Under the pieces are notes generated by a model. That model was not told the DNA's origin, ran no database searches, and saw only the letters and a list, made by a program, of their open reading frames with translations. Shown here one piece after another: positions 32,171 to 39,530 of a stretch of 44,108 nt of DNA; the first letter of the stretch is position 1; each line of letters begins with the position of its first letter. The DNA comes from a virus. The translations under genes were made by a program, and so were the position numbers. Where the stretch lies: UHGV virus genome UHGV-0106768; one strand, written 5' to 3'.

Positions 32171-32290
32171 CTTGCCCCACGTTGTCCTTTGTGCGGTTTT
32201 CCTGCGATAAGCTTGCCCCTGCGGAAAGCCGCCTCACACGGCGCGTTTGTGTGCCTCCTGTGGGCTTGGTGCTATGTATACAACAAATGG
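32171..32290. repeat. S-module, copy 3
   Basis: CTTGCCCCACGTTG...GCTTGCCCCTGCGGAAAGCCGCCTCACACGGCGCGTTTGTGTGCCTCCTGTGGGCTTGG...TATACAACAA. Confidence 0.6.
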
Positions 32291-32327
32291 CGCAGATACG
32301 CCGATTTTGTTCTGAACATTTAGCCGC

Positions 32328-32356
32328 TTGCTATTCCGGAAAGATCATGGTAATAT
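32328..32356 (+). promoter_or_regulatory. Cassette promoter 6: TTGCTA-17-TAATAT
   Basis: Exact 17-nt spacer. Leader identical in its core to that of promoter 2 (ACACAACGGAAGGGCAAACGCCCACCGAA). Confidence 0.7.
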
Positions 32357-32412
32357 GCTACACAACGGAAGGGCAAACGCCCACCGAATACAAAACACGG
32401 AGGTAAACCACC

Positions 32413-32778
32413 ATGACAAAGAAGGAAATGAAAGCCGCAGTTGACAAGCTGAAGATGCTGCAGAACGGCAAAGCCGCCCTTGAGGGAATGACCGAAGCGG
32501 ACTGCCTTGAGCTTTTCGGGATCAGCAGAGCGCAGGCACTTGCAAACACAAACGCCGCCCTTGCCAAAACCGAGCAGGAGATTTTCAGAGCCGAGCATCC
32601 GCTGACAGGCATCGACAAACAGCTCTTCGAGATCGCAGCAAAGCACCTGATCACGGTGCAGGAGCGCGGAGACCTTGAAGCCCGCCACTGCGACAGCGAG
32701 GACTTCATCGAGGTTTCGGTCTGGGGGCTGGAAGCCGCCCTCAAGGATGCCTACGAGGCAGGACGCAAGAGCAAGTAA
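32413..32778 (+). CDS. Hypothetical protein
   Basis: GGAGGTAAACCACC-ATG. 121-aa ORF. Confidence 0.6.
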   Translation: MTKKEMKAAVDKLKMLQNGKAALEGMTEADCLELFGISRAQALANTNAALAKTEQEIFRAEHPLTGIDKQLFEIAAKHLITVQERGDLEARHCDSEDFIEVSVWGLEAALKDAYEAGRKSK

Positions 32779-32843
32779 CCAAACGGAACAGCGCAGCCCT
32801 TCCGCAGGGAGGAGGGGCTGCCAATCCCGAAGGAGGAAAGAAC

Positions 32844-33023
32844 ATGGATACATACGCACAGCTTGAAATGCTGACCGCAGTCATCGCAAACCTGTCGGCC
32901 ACGGGAACATGGACGGAGCGAGAAGTGATGGAAACGCTGCTGGATGTCTTTGAACCGAAGGAGCTTGAACAGCTCGGCTACGGCGACTGCGTGAACGCAT
33001 ACTTGGAAGAGTACGGCGGATAG
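32844..33023 (+). CDS. 59-aa hypothetical protein (below the ORF-track cut-off)
   Basis: GAAGGAGGA RBS. My own translation is MDTYAQLEMLTAVIANLSATGTWTEREVMETLLDVFEPKELEQLGYGDCVNAYLEEYGG. Confidence 0.5.
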   Translation: MDTYAQLEMLTAVIANLSATGTWTEREVMETLLDVFEPKELEQLGYGDCVNAYLEEYGG

Positions 33024-33034
33024 CGACGACACAC

Positions 33035-33145
33035 GCACCACGTTGCCTCGTGTGGGGCGGTGCCGGGGAGATGCGTACAGCTTGCCCCTGCGAAAAGCCG
33101 CCTTACACGGCGCGTTCTGGCGCGTCCTATACGATGTACAATTCC
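33035..33145. repeat. S-module, copy 4
   Basis: CACCACGTTGCCTCGTGTGGGGCGG...GCTTGCCCCTGCGAAAAGCCGCCTTACACGGCGCGTTCTGGCGCG. An 11-bp stem joins 33050-60 and 33098-108. Confidence 0.6.
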
Positions 33146-33193
33146 GCCCGACTTCCCGCCTCATGTTTGTCACATTTATTTTGCAGACAGACG

Positions 33194-33222
33194 TGGACTT
33201 TTCTGCGAAAAGACGGTAATAT
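33194..33222 (+). promoter_or_regulatory. Cassette promoter 7: TGGACT-17-TAATAT
   Basis: Exact 17-nt spacer. Leader variant GTGACTACCGCAAGAGAAGCGG, as for promoter 1. Confidence 0.65.
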
Positions 33223-33269
33223 GTGACTACCGCAAGAGAAGCGGAATCAATCAAAAGGAGCGAATCTAC

Positions 33270-33623
33270 ATGAAAATTCTGGTATGCGAACCCGGCAAGC
33301 ACCCCTACGTCAAGGACATCGAGTCGGGGCTGGAGAACCTTCAGCACGAGGTGGACGGACTGATTCAGGCCCTCTACCCATTTTCCGAAGAGGCGGCTGT
33401 TGTGTGCAACGAAGAAGGGCTGTTCCGCGATGACCTCGAATGGAACAGAACGGTCGATCCCTATGGTCCGATCAAGGGAACATTCTTCATTTGTGGGCTC
33501 GGCTTTGAAGATTTTACAGGACTGACCGATGAACAGATCGAAAAGTACACTAAGCTCTTCTGGCCTCCTGAGCTTTTCATCCCGACACCGAACGGCATGG
33601 TGGTGCTTCACATTGTGGAATGA
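33270..33623 (+). CDS. DUF3846 domain protein
   Basis: MKILVCEPGKHPYVKDIESGLENLQHEVDGLIQALYPF...VVCNEEG...GTFFICG pattern. Confidence 0.7.
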   Translation: MKILVCEPGKHPYVKDIESGLENLQHEVDGLIQALYPFSEEAAVVCNEEGLFRDDLEWNRTVDPYGPIKGTFFICGLGFEDFTGLTDEQIEKYTKLFWPPELFIPTPNGMVVLHIVE

Positions 33624-33631
33624 CCGCAACA

Positions 33632-33655
33632 GGGGCAGGGCTTCGGCTCTGCTCC
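33632..33655 (+). terminator. GC-rich TTCG-loop hairpin after a cassette gene (copy of 31184-31207)
   Basis: GGGGCAGGGC-TTCG-GCTCTGCTCC, with two G-U pairs. Confidence 0.5.
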
Positions 33656-33726
33656 GCACCATTCCCCGGTCATAATGTACACAACTGAACGCCGAAAAAT
33701 GCAGAAATGATCGTGATTACTCACGC

Positions 33727-33755
33727 TTGATAATGTAGGCAAGAAGAGTTATACT
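33727..33755 (+). promoter_or_regulatory. Cassette promoter 8: TTGATA-17-TATACT
   Basis: Exact 17-nt spacer. Leader hairpin GGGC-GGAAA-GCCC. Confidence 0.7.
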
Positions 33756-33812
33756 GTGTACAACGGAAGGGCGGAAAGCCCAGCCGAAAACGAAAATGCG
33801 GAGGTACACACC

Positions 33813-33992
33813 ATGAAAACGAAGCAGGAACTGATCGAGAAGGCAAAGAAAGAGTGGGGCGAGACTTGGAACGAGGGCATGATCGAGTACGATGCCGAGT
33901 ACAACGAGTACATCGTCTGGGTAGGCAAGCCGGACATCTACAAAGCCTTCTTCGATGCCGACACCCTCAGATGCATTGGCACGAAGTGCTGA
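33813..33992 (+). CDS. 59-aa hypothetical protein
   Basis: GGAGGTACACACC-ATG. The track ORF 33756..33992 contains it. Confidence 0.55.
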   Translation: MKTKQELIEKAKKEWGETWNEGMIEYDAEYNEYIVWVGKPDIYKAFFDADTLRCIGTKC

Positions 33993-34000
33993 GAACAACC

Positions 34001-34018
34001 GCCGCCCTTCGGGGCGGC
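34001..34018 (+). terminator. GC-rich TTCG-loop hairpin
   Basis: GCCGCCC-TTCG-GGGCGGC. No U-tract. Confidence 0.4.
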
Positions 34019-34047
34019 ACAACACCAATACTAAGGAGGACATTTAC

Positions 34048-34321
34048 ATGAGCGAGAACACAGAAAAGCGCGATGCAGCCGAAGAACTAAGAACTTACCG
34101 ATGCACAGGCAGACCGCAACGATGACATCTACGAGGCAGCTTTTGAATTCTGCAAGGTGCTGACCGAGAACCCCGACCTCGAATGGGACATGGCGTTCCT
34201 CGGTGAGATCGCCGACCTTGCCGCTGGCATCATGACCGAGCAGGGACACAAGGTGCGGTTCCCCAGTGTGGTCACCGAGCAGGACGGCACGCAGTACATT
34301 GAAGAATACTACGGCGGCTGA
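34048..34321 (+). pseudogene. Small cassette gene disrupted by a frameshift near codon 14
   Basis: A strong AAGGAGGA RBS precedes ATG 34048. Frame 1 (MSENTEKRDAAEELRTYR...) stops at 34123-25. The +1 frame is open from 34091 to TGA 34319-21 and reads LTDAQADRNDDIYEAAFEFCKVLTENPDLEWDMAFLGEIADLAAGIMTEQGHKVRFP... Confidence 0.55.
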
Positions 34322-34361
34322 TCGGCAAAACGGAGCAGTCCTTCTGCGGAGGGGCTGTTCC

Positions 34362-34485
34362 ACGCCACGTTCGCTTGTGTGGGGGGCTTACGGCTTTCTG
34401 CGGATATCTTGCCCCGCGATAAAAGCCGCCCACACGGCGCATTTGTGTGCCTCCTGCGGCAAGGCATAATATGTACAACAACCGA
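34362..34485. repeat. S-module, copy 5
   Basis: ACGCCACGTTCGCTTGTGTGGGGGGC...CTTGCCCCGCGATAAAAGCCGCCCACACGGCGCATTTGTGTGCCTCCTGCGGCAAGGCATAATATGTACAACAA. Confidence 0.6.
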
Positions 34486-34522
34486 CAAAAAATCACCTTG
34501 CACATTCTGGTAGTTTAGCCGC

Positions 34523-34551
34523 TTGATATATCTGCCGAAAAGAGTTATAGT
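34523..34551 (+). promoter_or_regulatory. Cassette promoter 9: TTGATA-17-TATAGT
   Basis: Exact 17-nt spacer. Leader GTGTACAACGGAACGGGAAACCGAG. Confidence 0.7.
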
Positions 34552-34607
34552 GTGTACAACGGAACGGGAAACCGAGCCGAAAACTACGAAAGAACGAGGT
34601 AAACACT

Positions 34608-34844
34608 ATGTGGCACGAAGGCACGATTCTGGCACCGACCAAGGAAGGCAAGACGGTGGTTCACTACTGGGCAAAGGTCTACGACGAGGGCAGCCAGTAC
34701 GGCATCAACGAGGGCAGAATCAGTAAACTGACACTCAAGGAGAATGGCAAGGTCATCTACAACTACGACAGAGGCGAGGATGTACCCGAGCAGAACGAGG
34801 CTGCGGAGATTGCCCTTGCGATCCTGATGTACGAGTACAAGTAA
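34608..34844 (+). CDS. Hypothetical protein
   Basis: 78-aa ORF after cassette promoter 9. GAGGT RBS. Confidence 0.6.
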   Translation: MWHEGTILAPTKEGKTVVHYWAKVYDEGSQYGINEGRISKLTLKENGKVIYNYDRGEDVPEQNEAAEIALAILMYEYK

Positions 34845-34933
34845 ATAGAACGGTCGGTGGGCGGTAGCATTAAGCCGCCCATCCAAACCAAGACGGACAC
34901 ACATATAAATTCAAGGTGGATATACATAGGAGA

Positions 34934-34961
34934 GGCTTGCAGTTTTGCAGGCCTTTTCTTT
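34934..34961 (+). terminator. Rho-independent terminator closing the accessory array
   Basis: GGCTTGCA-GTTT-TGCAGGCC (one G-U pair), followed by TTTTCTTT. Confidence 0.6.
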
Positions 34962-34992
34962 ATGCACATTTTTATTGGAAGGAGTGATGCGG

Positions 34993-35466
34993 ATGGCTCA
35001 GAGAGGCAGAAAACCAACGCCTACGGCGATCAAAGAGCTGGAAGGCAATCCGGGCAAGCGTCCGCTGAATGATGCAGAGCCGAAGCCGGAACGCAAGGCA
35101 CCGCCCTGTCCGAAGTGGCTGGAGCCCGAAGCAAAAAAGGAATGGCGCAGGCTGTCAAAGCAACTGGAGCAGATTGGTGTGCTGACCGAGGTCGATCAGG
35201 CGGCATTCGCATCCTACTGTCAGGCATACGCACGATGGAAAGAAGCCGAGGAATTCATGACCCAGCACGGCACGATCGTAAAAACAAAATCAGGTTACTG
35301 GCAGCAGGTTCCGCAGGTATCCATTGCGCAAACTTATCTGAAGATCATGAACAAGATCGCAGAGCAGTTTGGCCTGACCCCGGCGGCAAGAAGCCGTATC
35401 ACTGCCGGCGCAGATATGAAAAACGCTGCCGTTGACGATATGGATGAACTTCTCGGAGGTGGCTGA
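34993..35466 (+). CDS. terS: Terminase small subunit, P27 family
   Basis: MAQRGRKPTPTAIKELEGNPGKRPLN N-terminus typical of the P27 family. GGAAGGAG RBS. Confidence 0.85.
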   Translation: MAQRGRKPTPTAIKELEGNPGKRPLNDAEPKPERKAPPCPKWLEPEAKKEWRRLSKQLEQIGVLTEVDQAAFASYCQAYARWKEAEEFMTQHGTIVKTKSGYWQQVPQVSIAQTYLKIMNKIAEQFGLTPAARSRITAGADMKNAAVDDMDELLGGG

Positions 35467-38132
35467 TGGCGAGAACGGCAAAGGCAAGAGAAAGACCTGC
35501 CAACTATCCGAAACTGAAGGATTATAAACCGACACGCTTTATGCTGCCGGAATCGCACTACGATGCGGCAAAGGCTGACCGAGCTGTGCGGTTCATCGAG
35601 AATCTCTGCCATACCAAAGGACGCTGGGCAGGCAAACCGTTCTGGCTGCTTCCGTGGCAGGAACAGATCATCCGGGATATTTTCGGCATCGTCAAAGAGG
35701 ACGATATGCGGCAATTTCGTACCGCCTATGTCGAAATTCCAAAGAAAAATGGGAAGCAGCTTGCACTGGATACACCGATCCCGACTCCGCAGGGATTCAC
35801 CAATATGGGAGATCTGAAGGTCGGAGATACAGTATTCGATGAAAACGGCATTCCGTGCCATGTGGTTGCGAAAAGTCCTGTGGATGATACAGAGCAAGCC
35901 TACAAGCTGACCTTCAAGGACGGCACCTCGATCATTGCCGGGGAAAGGCATCTGTGGAACTGTCAGTATATTTACGGCAAACGCAAGGATGTTCTCTGGA
36001 CGACCGGCGAGATCTATCGCAGGACAACGGAATACAGACAGCGTTTTTCCGACAGACCACAGACAAAGCGGGATTCCCTTATCCGAATTCCGGTGTGCGG
36101 TGTCCTTCAGACAGAAGCGGCAGTTTTACCGATTGATCCGTATCTGTACGGCTACTGGCTCGGAAACGGTAATGTGACCATGCCGGAGATCACTGTTCGG
36201 ACGGAGGATGTCGAGGATATCATCTCGAATATTCCGTATAAGGTACACAACCGTTATCCGCAGAAATGCGGCGGCAGTGAGATCATAAAGTACAATGAAC
36301 TGAAAGCAGTACTACTTGACAGCTTCCGTGAAAAGAAGATCCGACCAGAATATCTGAGGGCATCCGCAGAGCAGAGATGGGCATTACTGCAAGGGCTTAT
36401 GGATTCGGACGGCTGTATCGGTGAACGCAAAGGGCAAAGTGTGTATGTCACAACGCTGCGAGAGCTGGCGCTTTCCGTCAGAGAACTGCTGTGGTCACTC
36501 GGCATCAAAAATGCAGTGAAATGTGAGCCTTCTACACGGCATGGGTGGCCGACCGGCGAGATTTTGTATATCGTCCGTTTTACAACCTTTGATGACCAAC
36601 CGACATCAAGGCTTAAACGCAAAAATACACGCACACAGGCGCGGTTAAAGGAAACTCGCTCCTGTTTTCATTATCTGCTGGATATTCAACCTGTAAATCA
36701 TCCTGTAAAAATGCAGTGCATTCAGGTGGACAGTCCGAGTCACCAATATCTCGCAGGACCGTCATTTGTGCCTACGCACAACAGTGAGCTTGCAGCGGCA
36801 ATTGCACTGTATCTGCTCTACGCCGACAACGAGCCGTCTGCTGAGGTCTACGGCGCTGCTGCTGATCGTGGGCAGGCATCCATTGTATTCGATGTCGCCA
36901 AAAGAATGGTTGAGATGACACCGGCACTTCTGAAACGCTCAAAAATCATGGCGGCGACAAAGCGTCTGGTGAATTACAGTAATGTTGGCTTTTATCAGGT
37001 GCTTTCAGCGGAAGTCGGTACAAAGCACGGATTGAATGTATCCGGTCTGGTTTTGGATGAACTTCATGCCCAACCGAACCGCAGCCTTGTGGATGTTCTC
37101 ACAAAGGGTTCCGGTGATGCCCGTACTCAGCCGCTGTACTTCCTGATCACAACCGCCGGAACGGATCGCAACAGCATCTGCTACGAGTATCACACGAAAG
37201 CAAAAGATATTCTGGACGGCAGGCGCATTGATCCGTCCTTCTATCCTGTGATCTACGGCTTGAACGATGATGACGACTGGAACGCAGAGGAGTCATGGTA
37301 TAAGGCAAATCCCTCGCTCGGATACACTATCGCCATCGACCGAGTCCGCGATGCTCACCGGGAAGCCCTTACAAATCCCGCTGAAGAAAATGTATTCCGT
37401 CAGCTGAGGCTTGACCAGTGGGTAGGCAGTGCGGTGGCATGGATTCCGGAGCATATCTACGACAGGGGCAATCTTCCGATCGACCTCGAAAAGCTCCGGG
37501 GACGGGAGTGCTACGCAGGTCTTGACCTATCCAGCACATCGGATATCACGGCATTTGTGCTGGTGTTCCCTCCGCTGCATGACGGCGAGAAATACATCGT
37601 TGTCCCGCACTTCTGGCTGCCGAGAGAAACGCTCGATTTACGAGTACGGCGAGACCATGTTCCCTACGATGTATGGGAGCGCATGGGATTATTTCATATC
37701 ACCGAGGGCAATGTGGTCGATTACAATTTCGTGCGGAAAACGATCAACGAGCTGCACACGATGTACAACATCAAGGAAATTGCTGCCGACCGCTGGAATG
37801 CCACACAGCTTATCACAGACCTTGAGGGAGACGGATTTACCGTTGTTCCGATGGGCATGGGCTTCAAGGATATGTCCCCGCCGATGAAGGAACTGTACAA
37901 GCTCATACTCGAAGGGCAGTTTATCCACGGCGGCAACCCTGTACTCCGCTGGATGGCAGGAAATGTGGTCGCTGAAATTGATGCAGCGGAGAACATCAAA
38001 CCAAGTAAAAAGAAAAGTACAGAAAAGATTGACGGTATCGTGGCATGGATCATGGCACTTGACCGCTGCATCCGCCACGAAATGCAGGGCAGTGTCTATG
38101 ACGAACCCGGCCACGATCTTGTGGTCATCTGA
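35466..38132 (+). CDS. terL: Terminase large subunit interrupted by an intein in the Walker A motif
   Basis: PKKNGK / SELAAAIALYLL flank the insert. Walker B LVLDELH. C-terminal nuclease region. ATGA overlap with terS. Confidence 0.9.
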   Translation: MARTAKARERPANYPKLKDYKPTRFMLPESHYDAAKADRAVRFIENLCHTKGRWAGKPFWLLPWQEQIIRDIFGIVKEDDMRQFRTAYVEIPKKNGKQLALDTPIPTPQGFTNMGDLKVGDTVFDENGIPCHVVAKSPVDDTEQAYKLTFKDGTSIIAGERHLWNCQYIYGKRKDVLWTTGEIYRRTTEYRQRFSDRPQTKRDSLIRIPVCGVLQTEAAVLPIDPYLYGYWLGNGNVTMPEITVRTEDVEDIISNIPYKVHNRYPQKCGGSEIIKYNELKAVLLDSFREKKIRPEYLRASAEQRWALLQGLMDSDGCIGERKGQSVYVTTLRELALSVRELLWSLGIKNAVKCEPSTRHGWPTGEILYIVRFTTFDDQPTSRLKRKNTRTQARLKETRSCFHYLLDIQPVNHPVKMQCIQVDSPSHQYLAGPSFVPTHNSELAAAIALYLLYADNEPSAEVYGAAADRGQASIVFDVAKRMVEMTPALLKRSKIMAATKRLVNYSNVGFYQVLSAEVGTKHGLNVSGLVLDELHAQPNRSLVDVLTKGSGDARTQPLYFLITTAGTDRNSICYEYHTKAKDILDGRRIDPSFYPVIYGLNDDDDWNAEESWYKANPSLGYTIAIDRVRDAHREALTNPAEENVFRQLRLDQWVGSAVAWIPEHIYDRGNLPIDLEKLRGRECYAGLDLSSTSDITAFVLVFPPLHDGEKYIVVPHFWLPRETLDLRVRRDHVPYDVWERMGLFHITEGNVVDYNFVRKTINELHTMYNIKEIAADRWNATQLITDLEGDGFTVVPMGMGFKDMSPPMKELYKLILEGQFIHGGNPVLRWMAGNVVAEIDAAENIKPSKKKSTEKIDGIVAWIMALDRCIRHEMQGSVYDEPGHDLVVI
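35757..36782 (+). mobile_element. Class-3-like intein (Gln1, Trp-Cys-Thr triad) with LAGLIDADG homing endonuclease in terL
   Basis: Starts QLALDTPIPTPQGF and ends FVPTHN followed by Ser. Block B is GERHLW (W codon 35955-57). Block F is MQCIQVD (C codon 36717-19). Block G is PTHN. LAGLIDADG-like YGYWLGNGN and LLQGLMDSDG. Confidence 0.8.
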
Positions 38133-38147
38133 CAGGAGGTAATGTTT

Positions 38148-39530
38148 ATGAGCTTTTTAAGCTGGCTCGGCATCAGCAAGCCGAGAGATGCGCCGATGCT
38201 GCCTGATATTCAGGACAATGTCCGTGATTCTGGAAATCTGTTCGTATTCGGCATGACGCACAGCGGTGAACGTGTCGATGAGCGCACGGCGATGCAGATC
38301 GTGACTGTTTACGCCTGTGTTCGACTGCTCTCCAATACGATTGCTGGACTGCCGCTGCACCTATACAGATACACCGGCAAGGGCGATGATAAGGAATTAG
38401 CCATTGACCATCCGCTGTACAAAATACTCTATCGGCAGCCGAATCCCGAAATGAGTTCATTCTCGTTCTGGGAAGCACTGATGTGCCACCTTTTACTATG
38501 GGGCAACGCCTATGCACAGATTGTCCGGGACGGCAAAAACGGCATCCTCGGTCTCTATCCCCTGCTTCCCGAAAATGTCGAGATCGACCGTGATCCGAAA
38601 TCCGGCGACCTGATCTACACTTACCACGCCTACACCGACGAAAAGCCCGGTGAGCATGACAAGGATATTATCTTCCGCAGGGATGAAATCTTACACATCC
38701 CCGGTCTGGGATTCAATGGACTGGTCGGTTTCTCACCGATAGCGATGATGAAAAATGCACTCGGTGCGGTCATGGCAGTAGAGCGATACGGCAGCGCCTT
38801 CTTCAAAAACGGAGCGCAGCCTGCCGGAGTTCTCGAACATCCGGGCGTGCTGAAGGATCCGCAGAAGATCCGCGACAACTGGACAAAGGCATACGGCGGC
38901 GCACGGAACGCACACCGCATCGCAGTCCTCGAAGAAGGTATGCAGTATAAGCCAATCTCCCTGCCGCCGGAGGATTCGCAGTTTCTGTCCACAAGAGAAT
39001 TCGATGTGGAGGAAATCTGCCGGATGTTTCAGGTTCCGCCGCATCTGGTACAAGACCTCAAACGCAGTACCTTCAATAACATCGAGCATCAGGGTATTGC
39101 ATTTGTGCAGTATTCTCTTATGCCGTGGATCATTCGCATCGAAAAGGGCATCATGAAAGATTTGCTGCTTGAAGAGGAACAGGATGTATATTTTCCGAAG
39201 TTCAATGTGGACGGTCTCATGCGAGGTGATTATCAGAGCCGCATGAACGCCTATGCCATAGGTGTGGGTAACGGCTTTATGTCGCCCAATGATGTGCGCC
39301 GTCTTGAAAATATGGACTTGATCCCTGACGATCAGGGCGGCAACGACTACTACCTGAACGGCTCGTATAACAAGCTGGAGGATGCAGGTGCGGCATATGC
39401 TCTGAATCAGCCGCAGGAACAGCCGGATACCGAGGAACAGGATGAGCCGGACGAGAATCCGGGCGAAGAAACCGATGACAGATTCCTGCGAAAAAAGCGC
39501 AGGAAGAAATACAAGAATGGGGGTATGTAA
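38148..39530 (+). CDS. Portal protein, HK97 family
   Basis: Position after terL. FSFWEALMCHLLLWGNAYAQIVRD and FLSTREFDVEEICRMFQVPPHL patterns. Confidence 0.88.
   Translation: MSFLSWLGISKPRDAPMLPDIQDNVRDSGNLFVFGMTHSGERVDERTAMQIVTVYACVRLLSNTIAGLPLHLYRYTGKGDDKELAIDHPLYKILYRQPNPEMSSFSFWEALMCHLLLWGNAYAQIVRDGKNGILGLYPLLPENVEIDRDPKSGDLIYTYHAYTDEKPGEHDKDIIFRRDEILHIPGLGFNGLVGFSPIAMMKNALGAVMAVERYGSAFFKNGAQPAGVLEHPGVLKDPQKIRDNWTKAYGGARNAHRIAVLEEGMQYKPISLPPEDSQFLSTREFDVEEICRMFQVPPHLVQDLKRSTFNNIEHQGIAFVQYSLMPWIIRIEKGIMKDLLLEEEQDVYFPKFNVDGLMRGDYQSRMNAYAIGVGNGFMSPNDVRRLENMDLIPDDQGGNDYYLNGSYNKLEDAGAAYALNQPQEQPDTEEQDEPDENPGEETDDRFLRKKRRKKYKNGGM

Noticed and set aside
32074-32406. ORFs spanning the S-modules (32074..32406 of 110 aa, 33060..33269 as the upstream part of the track ORF, and 34266..34469 of 67 aa).
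   Set aside because: They cross terminator hairpins and promoters and lack RBSs. Their sequence similarity to each other is explained by the nucleotide repeat itself. The real starts are the RBS-linked ATGs downstream.
26881-34607. The regularly spaced repeated intergenic sequences could be mistaken for a CRISPR array or for integron attC-flanked cassettes.
   Set aside because: The 'spacers' are 0.2-1.1-kb protein-coding genes with RBSs. The repeats are 100-270 nt, heterogeneous, and contain clear -35/-10 promoters. No GTTRRRY/RYYYAAC attC core sites are visible, and no cas or integron-integrase genes are present.
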